Source: Zootoca vivipara (lineage: Eukaryota). From it: a stretch of 64,000 bases of DNA. Below the pieces are notes generated by a model that did no database searches, was not told the DNA's origin, and worked only from the letters and a program-made list of their open reading frames with translations. The DNA is taken from assembly GCF_963506605.1 (NCBI RefSeq), contig NC_083288.1:29450001-29514000 (forward strand), written 5' to 3'. The number at the start of each line of letters is the position of its first letter. Position 1 is the stretch's first letter. Both the position numbers and the translations under genes were made by a program. Positions 23,079-35,034 of the stretch are shown here, piece after piece.

Positions 23079-23692
23079 CTGCTTACATTGTGTCTCATCA
23101 CAATTACTGTGCATTGCATAACAATGCAAATGCCAGTGAAAATTGCAAAAAAAATGCATTATATTGCATAACAGTGCATTGCAAAAAGATAGGTATTCAA
23201 CAAATTTGCATATTAGGAAAGTTTCACACAAAACAACTGATGGTTTTTCATTAGGACTTTAAAAAGATAAAAAGTATGCCAATATGTAAATGTGAGAAAC
23301 TCGATCTAATGCTCAGAAAGTGAAAGAAAATGAAATTGACACAACCTTGCTGCTTCCAACCTGCTAAATTGGGTTTCTTTTTGAGTGGAGGTGTTAGGTT
23401 GGAGGAAGGGTAGAATAAGTCTTTGCACAAGTAATGAGGTCTCTGAACCACATTAGCATCTGATTCTCTGTTCTCAGTTTCTCGCATAACTGTGGCCCCT
23501 CCCCCCTCACTGTTTTACAGGCGTGTTATTCTAGCACCATACTGACTAGCTCATGCATGTAGGGGTGCATGTTGCATTTTTTTGGTATTCCTTTTTTAAA
23601 AGAGATATTTCAGTTCAGTTCAATGAGACTCAGAATACTCAATGTGTTGATTATTAGTAGTATTAATTGTTGTTTTTGGTCTGTATAACAAC

Positions 23693-23695
<3 letters not shown>

Positions 23696-23735
<40 letters not shown>
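23696..23735. repeat. (CA)n microsatellite
   Basis: Direct reading. Confidence 0.95.
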
Positions 23736-23738
<3 letters not shown>

Positions 23739-23824
23739 CTCTTTTGTTGTTTAATGTTGGCTTGAGTTTTAGGTGCAAATTGTGATGGGTTCACCTAAAA
23801 TTCTTGGTGCAGGATTCCTGTTTA

Positions 23825-24135
23825 GGTTCATTTGTGGAGTGTTCACCTTTGCTTCCTGTGACTACATCTTATCTGCTGTCCTGGGAAACAATTCTTTTCA
23901 AGGCAGATATAAAGCTTTATCTACCTGCACCCCCCACCTGACTGTCTTTTCTTTCTTTATGAGCAGAGCTATGTTTTCATACATGCGACCTAAAGCACAT
24001 TCTTCTACAACAATGGATTTGCTCTCTGCTGTATTGCATAATGTTTTGCCACCATTACTGAATCCCATTATCTATAGCTTCAGAAACAAGGACACCCAAG
24101 AGGCAGTGTTGTAAATATTGAAAAAGGTTTAAGGT
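23825..24135 (+). pseudogene. OR 3' fragment (TM5-TM7), partial duplicate of OR 22143
   Basis: GRYKALSTCTPH, SSTTMDLLSAVL, PLLNPIIYSFRNKD; no N-terminal half; premature stop at 24112-24114. Confidence 0.9.
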
Positions 24136-24527
24136 CTCCAGTCTTGTTTGCTTGCCCACTTTTGTGTGATGTCCCTTAATCCTGACCTATGTCCTATTTC
24201 AAAGCTTACATTTTGTTAAAATGTGCATAAAATGTATATAATAAATGCTTCCCACCCCCCAAATGTTTAGGGGTCCTCTCACTTTCCTACTCATATTGAA
24301 ATACTGCTCCTCGATGAGGCCAAACTTAGATTCACAAAATGTATAGGGGTATGCATACCACTGCATACCCCCAGAAAAAAAAGAGCACTGCATATATTAG
24401 TTAAACTAGGATGCAGAAATCAATTACATTGGGGAATTGGGATTTAGCAGAATACTGTATGTATATTACACAAAATCCCATGCAACATATGTATTAGAAA
24501 TTTGCACTGGGAATCTGACTTCACAAA

Positions 24528-24559
<32 letters not shown>

Positions 24560-25123
24560 CGCGCGCGCGCAAACCAACATGGAAATATGGAGAACTGAAT
24601 TTACAATTGCAAAAATGTGAAACTGAGAGAAAATGAAATTGACAGTTTCACCCATTCCAACTCCCAAACTACTCAGTTGGGTTTCTTTTGGGTGGGTAGT
24701 GTTAGAGGGCAATACTGGTAAAGTAAATATTTCCACAAGTGCACTTCTTTCTGAACAACAATTAGATTCAGTCCGCTTTCCTCAATTTCTCACATAAAAT
24801 GTGCCCCTTCCTCCATCATTGTTTTGCAAACATGCTATTTTACCATCACATTAAATGAATTATGTATATAACTGTGAGTGGTGCAATCTTAGTTCTTTAA
24901 AAATAAAATAAAATGCTGTGTCCATCCTAAAAAGACTTCTATTTAAAGTTTCTTTATGTATTTTTTTGTATCTATGCAAGTTGTATTTATTTATATGTAC
25001 ATACACAAAAATGGATATGTTGCCTTCTTTATGATGGTCTCATAAATTGAAAGAAATAAAATTTATCTGAACACTGTTTTCTGCAATTAAAACCTGTTGG
25101 CTCTAAAGTAAACTACTGAATTA

Positions 25124-25127
<4 letters not shown>

Positions 25128-25172
<45 letters not shown>

Positions 25173-25465
25173 TTATTTATACCTCACCCATCTGGCTGAG
25201 TCTCCCCAGCCACTCTGGGCGGCTTCCAACTGAATATTAAAACAATACAGCATTAAATATTAAAAGCTTCCCTAAACAGGGCTGCCTTCAGATGTCTTTT
25301 AAAATTAGGATAACTGCTTTTTTCCTTGACATCTGATGGAAGGGCATTCCACAGAGTGGGTGCTGCTACCGAGAAGGCCCTCTGTCTGGTTCCCTGCAAC
25401 CTCACTTCTCGCAATGAGGGAACTGCCAGAAGGCCCTTGGCACTGGATCTGAGTCTGGGCTGAAC
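25128..25465 (-). mobile_element. L2-type LINE 3' end with (AAT)n tail
   Basis: cccatctggctg..ccccagccactctgggcggctt next to an AAT run; a shorter related copy at 55656-55740. Confidence 0.65.
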
Positions 25466-25608
25466 GGTTTTCGTTTATTGCTAGATAATTGGGATGAAAT
25501 TGAAGCCTGAAGATTGGTTCATTTTGAGTTCCTAGCAGAACTGACTGTTACTGGATTAACCTTGGAGACAGGAATGGGGGTGTTTGAAGGTGTAGTATAT
25601 AAGTTGTA

Positions 25609-25860
25609 CAGTGGTACCTTGGTTTAAAAACTTAATCCGCTCCGGAAGTCCGTTCTTGAACCAAAGTGTTCTTAAACCAAGGCGTGCTTTCCAATAGTTG
25701 CGGAGGACTCAATTTACAAATGGAACACACTCAAAAGGAAGCAGAACATGTTCTGCTTCCAAGGCAAAGTTCACAAACCCAAACACCTACTTCCGGGTTT
25801 GCAGCGTTCTTAATCCAAGTTGTTCATAAACTAAACTGTTCTTAAACCAAGGTACCACTG
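25609..25860. mobile_element. Tc1/mariner MITE (CAGTGGTACC family)
   Basis: TA TSD, TIR CAGTGGTACCTTGGTTTAA / TTAAACCAAGGTACCACTG. Confidence 0.93.
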
Positions 25861-25916
25861 TATTTATTTATATGTACATACACAGTTGGGCACCTGGGCA
25901 ACAAAGTGCTTTAATC

Positions 25917-26249
25917 CAGTGTTTCTCAACCTTTTTTGGGCCACGGCACACTTGTTCCGTGAAAAAAATCACGAGGCACACCACCATTAAAAAAGTTAAA
26001 GTTAAAAAATTTAACTCTGTGCCGCCCTATATTATAATTATGACTGTAAGAAACACTTGCCAAATATTGCTTTCCGGCGGGTTAGTGCTGTGTATTGGCG
26101 GCCGCCAGGCTCGTTTGCACTGAGCTTTGGGAAAGAGGAGGAGAAATATTGCTTTCCGGCGGGCCAGCGCTGAGTATTGGCGGCTGCCAGGCACGTGACA
26201 ATGCAAATCGTCCTTCTCGTCGCCGCGGAACAGCGGTTGAGAAACGCTG
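25917..26249. mobile_element. hAT MITE
   Basis: TIR CAGTGTTTCTCAACC / GGTTGAGAAACGCTG, perfect 8-bp TSD CTTTAATC. Confidence 0.93.
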
Positions 26250-26681
26250 CTTTAATCTACTTGAATTGTATCCATTTGAGTGTGGTTCAGGTTTGGTCAT
26301 GGTACTGAAACAGTCTTGGTCACCCTAGTTGATGGTATTTATCGGGAGAAAATGGGGGAATGTAATTTGGGTTGTTTCCTCATTCAGCACTGTCACTGGG
26401 CTTAGGGGGACTCAATGGCTAATAATAGCTTTGTTCAGCTCTGGTAAAGCACATACATTGCATGGAAAATGTCCCAAGTTCAGTCTCTGTAATGTACAAG
26501 TAAGTTGAACAAATACTTCTGTCTAAATCCGTGGAGATCCACTGCGGGCAAGTATGGACAACATTGAGCTGCTGTATGTTTTGTGATATGTATTGTAAAT
26601 GATGTAAAGAGCTTTAAATGTTAGCCAATGTCAGTGATTTCCTAAGATGTCAGAACACACAAATTTATCAATAGTCACTTA

Positions 26682-26912
26682 CAGTCATACCTCGGGTTAC
26701 AGACGCTTCAGGTTCCACGGCCGTCTTTGTAAGTCGAGGTTTTTGGATGTCGAAGCGCTGCTTCGGTGCATGCACAAAGCATGATTTCATGCTTCTGCGC
26801 ATGCGCCGACCACGTGCGCTGGGCGCGCGCGAAGAATAGACTTCCAGAGGTTGTCGACTTCAGAAGTTGAAACCTTCGGAAGTCGAAGCGTTTGGTTGTC
26901 GAGGTATGACTG
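26682..26912. mobile_element. Tc1/mariner MITE
   Basis: TA TSD, TIR CAGTCATACCTCG / CGAGGTATGACTG. Confidence 0.92.
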
Positions 26913-29807
26913 TAAATGTTTTTGAATATTTTTGGAGAAACACACACACACACACACACACGTAAACCCTAATGCACATGATGGAAGAGCACACTTCATA
27001 TGAAGGGGGACCTAAGCTTCTTCAGCTGAACACTTATGGAAGCTCAAAATAGAAGTTCGTGATCAGAAAGTAGAAGTAGAAGTTCATTATCAGAAAGAAT
27101 TTGCCTGTGATGCAAACAAATAGGGTGGGAGTGCAATTGAAATAGTTGTGATGTTATACCGAATTTAGGTATGCACTATAATCTCTGGATAATAGAAGTC
27201 ATTTTTTGAGCCTTTTTTCATCTTTCTTTTATCTCCTGCTGTTTTCTTTGCTATAGTTCAGAATCCATAGAAAAACAAAAGGGCTAAATAAATTATTGGT
27301 GTAAAATATTGTGCCTCACCGGGCATCCTTCAGCAGACATGAATTAATTCAAATTGCACCAACATGGGAAAAGCACAAACTTCTCTAGAGCAAGGATTCT
27401 CAAGAGATTTTGCAACGAGATCTTTGTTTGCATATCTGAAGACAATTAAATCCCTGAATTGGGGAATGTAACATGCTGATATTATATCACTGTGCATGTT
27501 TTGGATTTCTGTTGTCCATGAAACATTGCCGCTTCTTTTCCTTTACACATTGTGTACATTTCACTGGTAGAAATGGATGAATGAGACAATCTTAGCATAC
27601 AAGAAATGGGTGGAAATACTCTGATGCAATTTCTCCTGGTCGCCTTGCTTTTCACATATATTGAGGAGCAACTGGGGCAGAACTGGGCTGGCTAGGTTGA
27701 ATCTATCTGCTCCTCAGCTCCCTTTGTGTCCTTCACTTTCTGGATTGACCCAGCAGGCTCTGGTAGGGAAATGGACAGCATTTGTTTTGCACAGCATCAT
27801 GGGACTGGTATGTTCTCCCAAGAGAAACCCTGAGATAGCAGAGGAAAGGAGGATGACATCACCTCCTCCACCTCCTCCTGGCAACCCATGTACCTTCAAA
27901 TAAATATCACCGTCAAGCACATTGGAACTCTAATCTTCTGAGAGAAACAGTGGTGAGTATAATCATTCTTGATTATCTTAAAGAAAGAGAAGGGATTCAA
28001 GGATGCTCAAGATTTCAATTCTGAAAAGATTGCGAAATGACTCATCCAGAAGTTGGTCTAATGCTGAAATTAGCATAATATCATAAAGTGGGCTTCTTGT
28101 TTTTTAAAAAATATATCTTTTTTTAGGTATAGGAGAAGGCAATAGAAACCTAGGGAAAACTGCACAAAGAAATATTTCACGCTGAAATATGGACAGCTCA
28201 TATTTCCTTCCTAAGAAATGTGATAGTGGAATGAGGTCAAGTGTTCCCATGACTCTCTCTTGTTCTTAGCAACAATGATGGTAGGCAGATACTCTGGAAT
28301 TCTTCATTAACTTGCATTTCCGACTTCCAGAGGTTGTCGACTTCAGAAGTTGAAACCTTCGGAAGTCGAAGCGTTTGGTTGTCGAGGTATGACTGTAAAT
28401 GTTTTTGAATATTTTTGGAGAAACACACACACACACACACACACGTAAACCCTAATGCACATGATGGAAGAGCACACTTCATATGAAGGGGGACCTAAGC
28501 TTCTTCAGCTGAACACTTATGGAAGCTCAAAATAGAAGTTCGTGATCAGAAAGTAGAAGTAGAAGTTCATTATCAGAAAGAATTTGCCTGTGATGCAAAC
28601 AAATAGGGTGGGAGTGCAATTGAAATAGTTGTGATGTTATACCGAATTTAGGTATGCACTATAATCTCTGGATAATAGAAGTCATTTTTTGAGCCTTTTT
28701 TCATCTTTCTTTTATCTCCTGCTGTTTTCTTTGCTATAGTTCAGAATCCATAGAAAAACAAAAGGGCTAAATAAATTATTGGTGTAAAATATTGTGCCTC
28801 ACCGGGCATCCTTCAGCAGACATGAATTAATTCAAATTGCACCAACATGGGAAAAGCACAAACTTCTCTAGAGCAAGGATTCTCAAGAGATTTTGCAACG
28901 AGATCTTTGTTTGCATATCTGAAGACAATTAAATCCCTGAATTGGGGAATGTAACATGCTGATATTATATCACTGTGCATGTTTTGGATTTCTGTTGTCC
29001 ATGAAACATTGCCGCTTCTTTTCCTTTACACATTGTGTACATTTCACTGGTAGAAATGGATGAATGAGACAATCTTAGCATACAAGAAATGGGTGGAAAT
29101 ACTCTGATGCAATTTCTCCTGGTCGCCTTGCTTTTCACATATATTGAGGAGCAACTGGGGCAGAACTGGGCTGGCTAGGTTGAATCTATCTGCTCCTCAG
29201 CTCCCTTTGTGTCCTTCACTTTCTGGATTGACCCAGCAGGCTCTGGTAGGGAAATGGACAGCATTTGTTTTGCACAGCATCATGGGACTGGTATGTTCTC
29301 CCAAGAGAAACCCTGAGATAGCAGAGGAAAGGAGGATGACATCACCTCCTCCACCTCCTCCTGGCAACCCATGTACCTTCAAATAAATATCACCGTCAAG
29401 CACATTGGAACTCTAATCTTCTGAGAGAAACAGTGGTGAGTATAATCATTCTTGATTATCTTAAAGAAAGAGAAGGGATTCAAGGATGCTCAAGATTTCA
29501 ATTCTGAAAAGATTGCGAAATGACTCATCCAGAAGTTGGTCTAATGCTGAAATTAGCATAATATCATAAAGTGGGCTTCTTGTTTTTTAAAAAATATATC
29601 TTTTTTTAGGTATAGGAGAAGGCAATAGAAACCTAGGGAAAACTGCACAAAGAAATATTTCACGCTGAAATATGGACAGCTCATATTTCCTTCCTAAGAA
29701 ATGTGATAGTGGAATGAGGTCAAGTGTTCCCATGACTCTCTCTTGTTCTTAGCAACAATGATGGTAGGCAGATACTCTGGAATTCTTCATTAACTTGCAT
29801 TTCCGAC
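26839..29807. repeat. 1483-bp head-to-tail tandem duplication (26839-28321, 28322-29804)
   Basis: Identical ORFs offset by 1483 (27661/29144, 27714/29197); same (CA)n length; GAC microhomology at the junction. Confidence 0.97.
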
Positions 29808-30152
29808 AATGGGAAGCATTTATAGATTCAGTGTGCAGTCTTTATCTTGTCAGCTCATTAGATTCGCTGGTTAACCAAATTACCTATTGCATTTTACACA
29901 AATTAATTGGGAGCTGTATTCATCAGGGTTATCTTTTCCTTTTTTAAAAAAAAATGAGAAAAATTATAAAATTTAGTAATACAATCCCTAGAATAGAACT
30001 TACTTATCTAAATTAAATTAAAGTAAGTCCATCCCTTCTCTTGTCATTTTTTTAAAAAATAGGGTAGAACTTAATATGATTCCTGTACATTAAGAAGCAT
30101 AGCCATTTTTTTCGTGTTTCCATGGGCCATGTTTCTAGAAATAAAGTGGTAC

Positions 30153-30322
30153 CTCTGGTTACAAACGGGATGCGCTCTGGAGGCCCATCCATATCCCAAA
30201 GATTTCGCAACCAGAAGACTGCTTCTGCACACACACACACGTCGCCGCAGAGCGCTTCTGCACATGCGTGAGTGGCAAACCTACTCCCAGGTTTGCTGCA
30301 TTCACAACCCGAAGATATACAA
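30153..30322. mobile_element. Left part of a CAGTGGTACC-family MITE, truncated by the CR1
   Basis: agtggtacctctggttac start; right TIR missing. Confidence 0.7.
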
Positions 30323-33031
30323 TCTATTTAAGAGAAATAGACCAAACAGGAAAGGAGGAGGAGTAGCTTTATATGTTAGGGATATGTATACCTGTGAAGA
30401 GATCCAGGATTTAAAACTTCAAAGCCAAATTGAGAGTATCTGGGTCAAAATTAAGGGAGAGAAAAACAACAGTGATCTCATTGTGGGAGTTTACTATAGA
30501 TCCCCAAGCCAAACTGAGGACACAGATGATGCCTTCCTGGAACAGATGGCCAAGCATTCCAAAGGAAGTGAGATAGTAGTAATGGGGGATTTCAACTATC
30601 CTGATATTTGTTGGATGTCAAACTCAGCCAAGAGCATAAGGTCGAACAGATTCCTCACTGGCCTTGCAGACAACTTCATTGTCCAGAAAGTGGGAGAAGC
30701 AACAAGAGGATCAGCCATTTTAGATCTGGTCCTAACCAATAGTGATGACTTGGTTAGTGGGGTAGAAGTGGCAGGATCATTAGGTGGGAGTGACCATGCT
30801 CTTCTGGAGTTTATTATCCAGCGGAAAGGAGCAACCAAGCATTCTAAGGTCCAAATTCTAGACTTTAAGAAAGCCGACTTCAGAAAACTTAGGGAAACGC
30901 TGGGTGAAATCCCATGGACAGTAATACTAAAAGGGAAGGGAGTTCATGATGGTTGGGAGTTTGTTAAAAGGGAGATATTAAAAGCACAACTTCAGGCAAT
31001 ACCAATGAGACGGAAACATGGAAGGTGCCTAAAGAAGCCAGGCTGGCTATCTAAAGAACTTTTGACTGAGTTAAGATTTAAAAGGGATATGTACAAAAAA
31101 TGGAAAAGGGGGGAAATCTCCAGAGAGGAATTCAAACATATAGCCAGCACGTGTAGAGACAAAGTCAGAAAAGCTAAAGCACAGAATGAACTCAGGCTCG
31201 CCAGAGAGGTTAAAAGCAACAAAAAGGGCTTTTATGGGTATGTCCGTAGCAAAAGGAAAAACAAGGAAACAGTGGGGTCACTCAGAGGAGAAGATGGTGA
31301 AATGCAAACAGGGGACAGAGAAAGGGCAGAACTCCTCAATGCCTTCTTTGCCTCAGTCTTCTCCAAGAAAGAAAACAACGCCCGACCTGAAGAATATGGA
31401 GCAGATGATTCAGCAGGGGAAACACAGCCCAGAATAAGTAAGGAGGTAGTACAAGAATACTTGGCTAGTTTAGATGTATTCAAGTCTCCAGGGCCAGATG
31501 AACTACATCCAAGAGTATTAAAAGAACTGGCAGAGGTGATTTCAGAACCACTGGCAATAATCTTTGAAAATTCCTGGAGAACAGGCGAAGTTCCAGCAGA
31601 CTGGAGGAGGGCAAATGTTGTCCCTATTTTCAAAAAGGGGAAAAGAGAGGACCCAAACAATTATCGCCCAGTCAGCCTGACATCAATACCAGGAAAGATT
31701 CTAGAGCAGATCATTAAGCAAACAGTCTGTGAGCACCTAGAAAGAAACTCTGTGATCACTAAAAGTCAGCATGGGTTCCTGAAAAATAAGTCATGTCAGA
31801 CTAATCTGATCTCATTTTTTGACAGAATTACAAGCCTGGTAGATGAAGGGAACGCTGTGGATGTAGCCTATCTTGATTTCAGCAAGGCCTTTGACAAGGT
31901 GCCCCATGATATTCTTGTAAAGAAGCTGGTAAAATGTGGGCTAGACAATGCTACCATTCAGTGGATTTGTAACTGGCTTACTGACCGAACCCAAAGGGTG
32001 CTCATCAATGGCTCCTCCTCATCCTGGAGAGTAGTGACTAGTGGGGTGCCACAGGGTTCTGTCTTGGGCCCAGTCTTGTTCAACATCTTTATCAATGACT
32101 TGGATGATGGGCTTGAGGGCATCCTGAGCAAGTTTGCAGATGACACCAAATTGGGAGGGGTGGCTAACACCCCAGAGGACAGGATCACACTTCAGAATGA
32201 CCTTAACAGATTAGACAACTGGGCCAAAGCAAACAAGATGAATTTTAACAAGGAGAAATGTAAAGTACTACACTTGGGCAAAAAAAATGAAAGGCACAAA
32301 TACAGGATGGGAGACACCTGGCTTGAGAGCAGTACATGTGAAAAGGATCTAGGAGTCTTGGTAGACCACAAACTTGACATGAGTCAGCAGTGTGATGCAG
32401 CAGCTAAAAAAGCCAATGCAATTCTGGGCTGCATCAATAGGAGTATAGCATCTAGATCAAGGGAAGTAATAGTACCACTGTATTCTGCTCTGGTCAGACC
32501 TCACCTGGAGTACTGTGTCCAGTTCTGGGCACCACAGTTCAAGAAGGATACTGATAAGCTGGAACGTGTCCAGAAGAGGGCAACCAAAATGGTCAAAGGC
32601 CTGGAAACGATGCCTTATGAGGAACGGCTTAGAGAGCTGGGTATGTTTAGCCTGGAGAAGAGAAGGTTAAGGGGTGATATGATAACCATGTTCAAATATA
32701 TAAAAGGATGTCATATAGAGGAGGGAGAAAGGTTGTTTTCTGCTGCTCCAGAGAAGCGGACACGGAGCAACGGATTCAAACTACAAGAAAGAAAATTCCA
32801 CCTAAACATTAGGAAGAACTTCCTGACAGTAAGAGCTGTTCGGCAGTGGAATTTGCTGCCAAGGAGTGTGGTGGAGTCTCCTTCTTTGGAGGTCTTTAAG
32901 CAGAGGCTTGACAGCCATCTGTCAGGAATGCTTTGATGGTGTTTCCTGCTTGGCAGGGGGTTGGACTGGATGGCCCTTGTGGTCTCTTCCAACTCTATGA
33001 TTCTATGATTCTATGATTCTATGATTCTATG
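30323..33031 (+). mobile_element. Young 5'-truncated CR1 LINE with uninterrupted ORF2 (partial APE + complete RT)
   Basis: [47 protein letters not shown]; stop at 32936; CR1 3' UTR and (ATTCTATG)n tail. Confidence 0.97.
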
Positions 33032-33400
33032 TACATGTGATAGCACACTGGGAGATTGTAAAAACTGCACTGTTTGCCTCATGTGACATATGGCTTAGAA
33101 AGTATGTTTAGGCACCCAGTCTTTGTTGCCTTTCCCTCAGTTTTTGAGGGTGGATAAATCATATTAGCTCAAAATATGTGAGTGCACATACTCTCCCCAT
33201 TAGGTTTCATGTCATATCAAGATGAAAGAACACATTAGCAACTGATACTGTGCATACATGGTTCTTTATGTGGATAGATGTGTAGTTGTGAACTAGAACC
33301 AATATCTAAGATGATATTTTTTTAAAAAAAAACATAGAATGTTTTTTACATAGAATTGTAAGCTCCTCTAACTGACAACTCTTTAACTTCTATCTGCAGA

Positions 33401-34354
33401 ATGACAGAAATGAGAGAAATGGCTAACCAATCTACGCCAACAGAGTTCCTTCTCATGGGTTTTGCTGAAACCCGTGATATGCAGATTTTGCATTCTGTAA
33501 TATTTCTCTTCATTTACTTAACAGCCTTAGTAGGAAATTCTCTCATCATCACAGCTGTGGCCCTAGACCACCACCTTCACAGCCCAATGTACTTCTTTTT
33601 GAGCAACCTGTCATTGTTTGATGTCTGCTCCATCTCCACTACTGTACCCAAATCCATTGTCATTTCATTGACAAACAACAACATGATTTCTTTTGCCGGA
33701 TGTGTCACACAGGTCTTCTTAGTCGTCACATTTGTTGGTGGTGAGCTTGCCTTGCTCACTGTTATGGCTTATGACCGTTATGTAGCAATCTGTCGTCCAT
33801 TACAATATACCTTAGTCATGAATCGGCATGCTTGTATCCAATTGGCAGCTACTTGCTGGATAGGCAGCCTGATCCATGCAGTACTGGAAACAAGTTTCAC
33901 TTTCATACTAAATTTCTGTGGAACAAATATGATTGGGCAATATTTTTGTGACATTCCTCAATTGCAAAAGATTTCTTGCAGTGATACAAAAGTGAATCAA
34001 ATTCTGATTCTTGTCTTTGGGTTTATTCCAGACGCTTTCTTTTTTACCTTCATCTTTACTTCCTATGGCTACATATTTTCTGCTGTGCTGAGGATCCCAT
34101 CTGTCCAAGGCAGATATAAAGCTTTTTCTACCTGCACTCCTCACCTGACTGTCTTTTCTTTATTCATCACCACAGGTGTGTTTTCATACATGAGGCCAAA
34201 AGCACTTTCTTCCCCCACTGTGGACTTGGTTGCAGCTGTATTATATACAGTTTTACCACCGGTTCTTAATCCCATTATTTATAGTCTCAGGAACAAGGAC
34301 ATCCAACTGGCAGTGTGGAAAATACCCAGAAAACTGAAACATCTCTTTGCATGA
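33401..34354 (+). CDS. Olfactory receptor, family-14-like (317 aa), intact; close paralog of 17951
   Basis: All OR motifs; about 20 amino-acid differences from OR 17951; acceptor tatctgcAG before ATG. Confidence 0.98.
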   Translation: MTEMREMANQSTPTEFLLMGFAETRDMQILHSVIFLFIYLTALVGNSLIITAVALDHHLHSPMYFFLSNLSLFDVCSISTTVPKSIVISLTNNNMISFAGCVTQVFLVVTFVGGELALLTVMAYDRYVAICRPLQYTLVMNRHACIQLAATCWIGSLIHAVLETSFTFILNFCGTNMIGQYFCDIPQLQKISCSDTKVNQILILVFGFIPDAFFFTFIFTSYGYIFSAVLRIPSVQGRYKAFSTCTPHLTVFSLFITTGVFSYMRPKALSSPTVDLVAAVLYTVLPPVLNPIIYSLRNKDIQLAVWKIPRKLKHLFA

Positions 34355-34859
34355 TTCATCATTTCCAGATTTTTGGAAAATTAATGGAGAAACTAAATGT
34401 TCATATTAGGTATATTCCCTTTTGCTTAATATAGGACCCGTCTCATTTTTATTTATTTATCATACTCCTAGGCTCTTTGTCATATTAATGGATTAAGTGA
34501 TAATGAATACATGAATGTTGTAATTTATTTCGTTGTGGTTCAGAATCCCTTTTCTGAAAGGTTTCTGGAGAAATGTTTTGGATGTATTTTGGATGAAATG
34601 GAAACATCTTGTTATTCCATGCATCTGTGGTTAAAAACATTTCTGAAAATCTTAAGGATGCTCTAATGTGGCTTCTCCTTCTGGACATTTGTGATTTATA
34701 TTACCAAACAATCATATGGATGTCACATTCCCACTAAATATGAGTTTATTTAACAACATTAATGATTATTTCATATGTTTCGTAGAAATATGAATCTTTT
34801 ATCCCCTGGCATTTGTACTATGGGATTCCACAGGGAACTAGTCTTTCCTCAGTGCTATT

Positions 34860-35030
34860 TAACTCAAGCTGTTCAGTGCGGTTGTTAGGAATTTTGAAGA
34901 AAGCTGCCACCCATTCACTGATTATACACAGCTCTACTTCTCTATAACATCTGACTCAGAAGTATTGGATCGGTGTCTGGATGCTGTACTAAACTAGATG
35001 AGTTCCAATAAACTATTCCAATAAACTGTT
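34860..35030 (+). mobile_element. Old L2-like RT fragment
   Basis: Degenerate D.TQLYFS...LDRCLDAV..*M.SNKL. Confidence 0.45.
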
Positions 35031-35034
35031 CTTC

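Noticed and set aside
27661-27920. 80-aa ORF repeated at 29144 and similar to 12600-12959
   Set aside because: Non-ATG start and frames differ between paralogs through indels; better explained as non-coding promoter/UTR exon
30114-32936. Domesticated RT gene or bacterial-type retron/DGR system
   Set aside because: Ordinary CR1 ORF2 with 3' UTR and tail; no accessory genes or template repeats; vertebrate context
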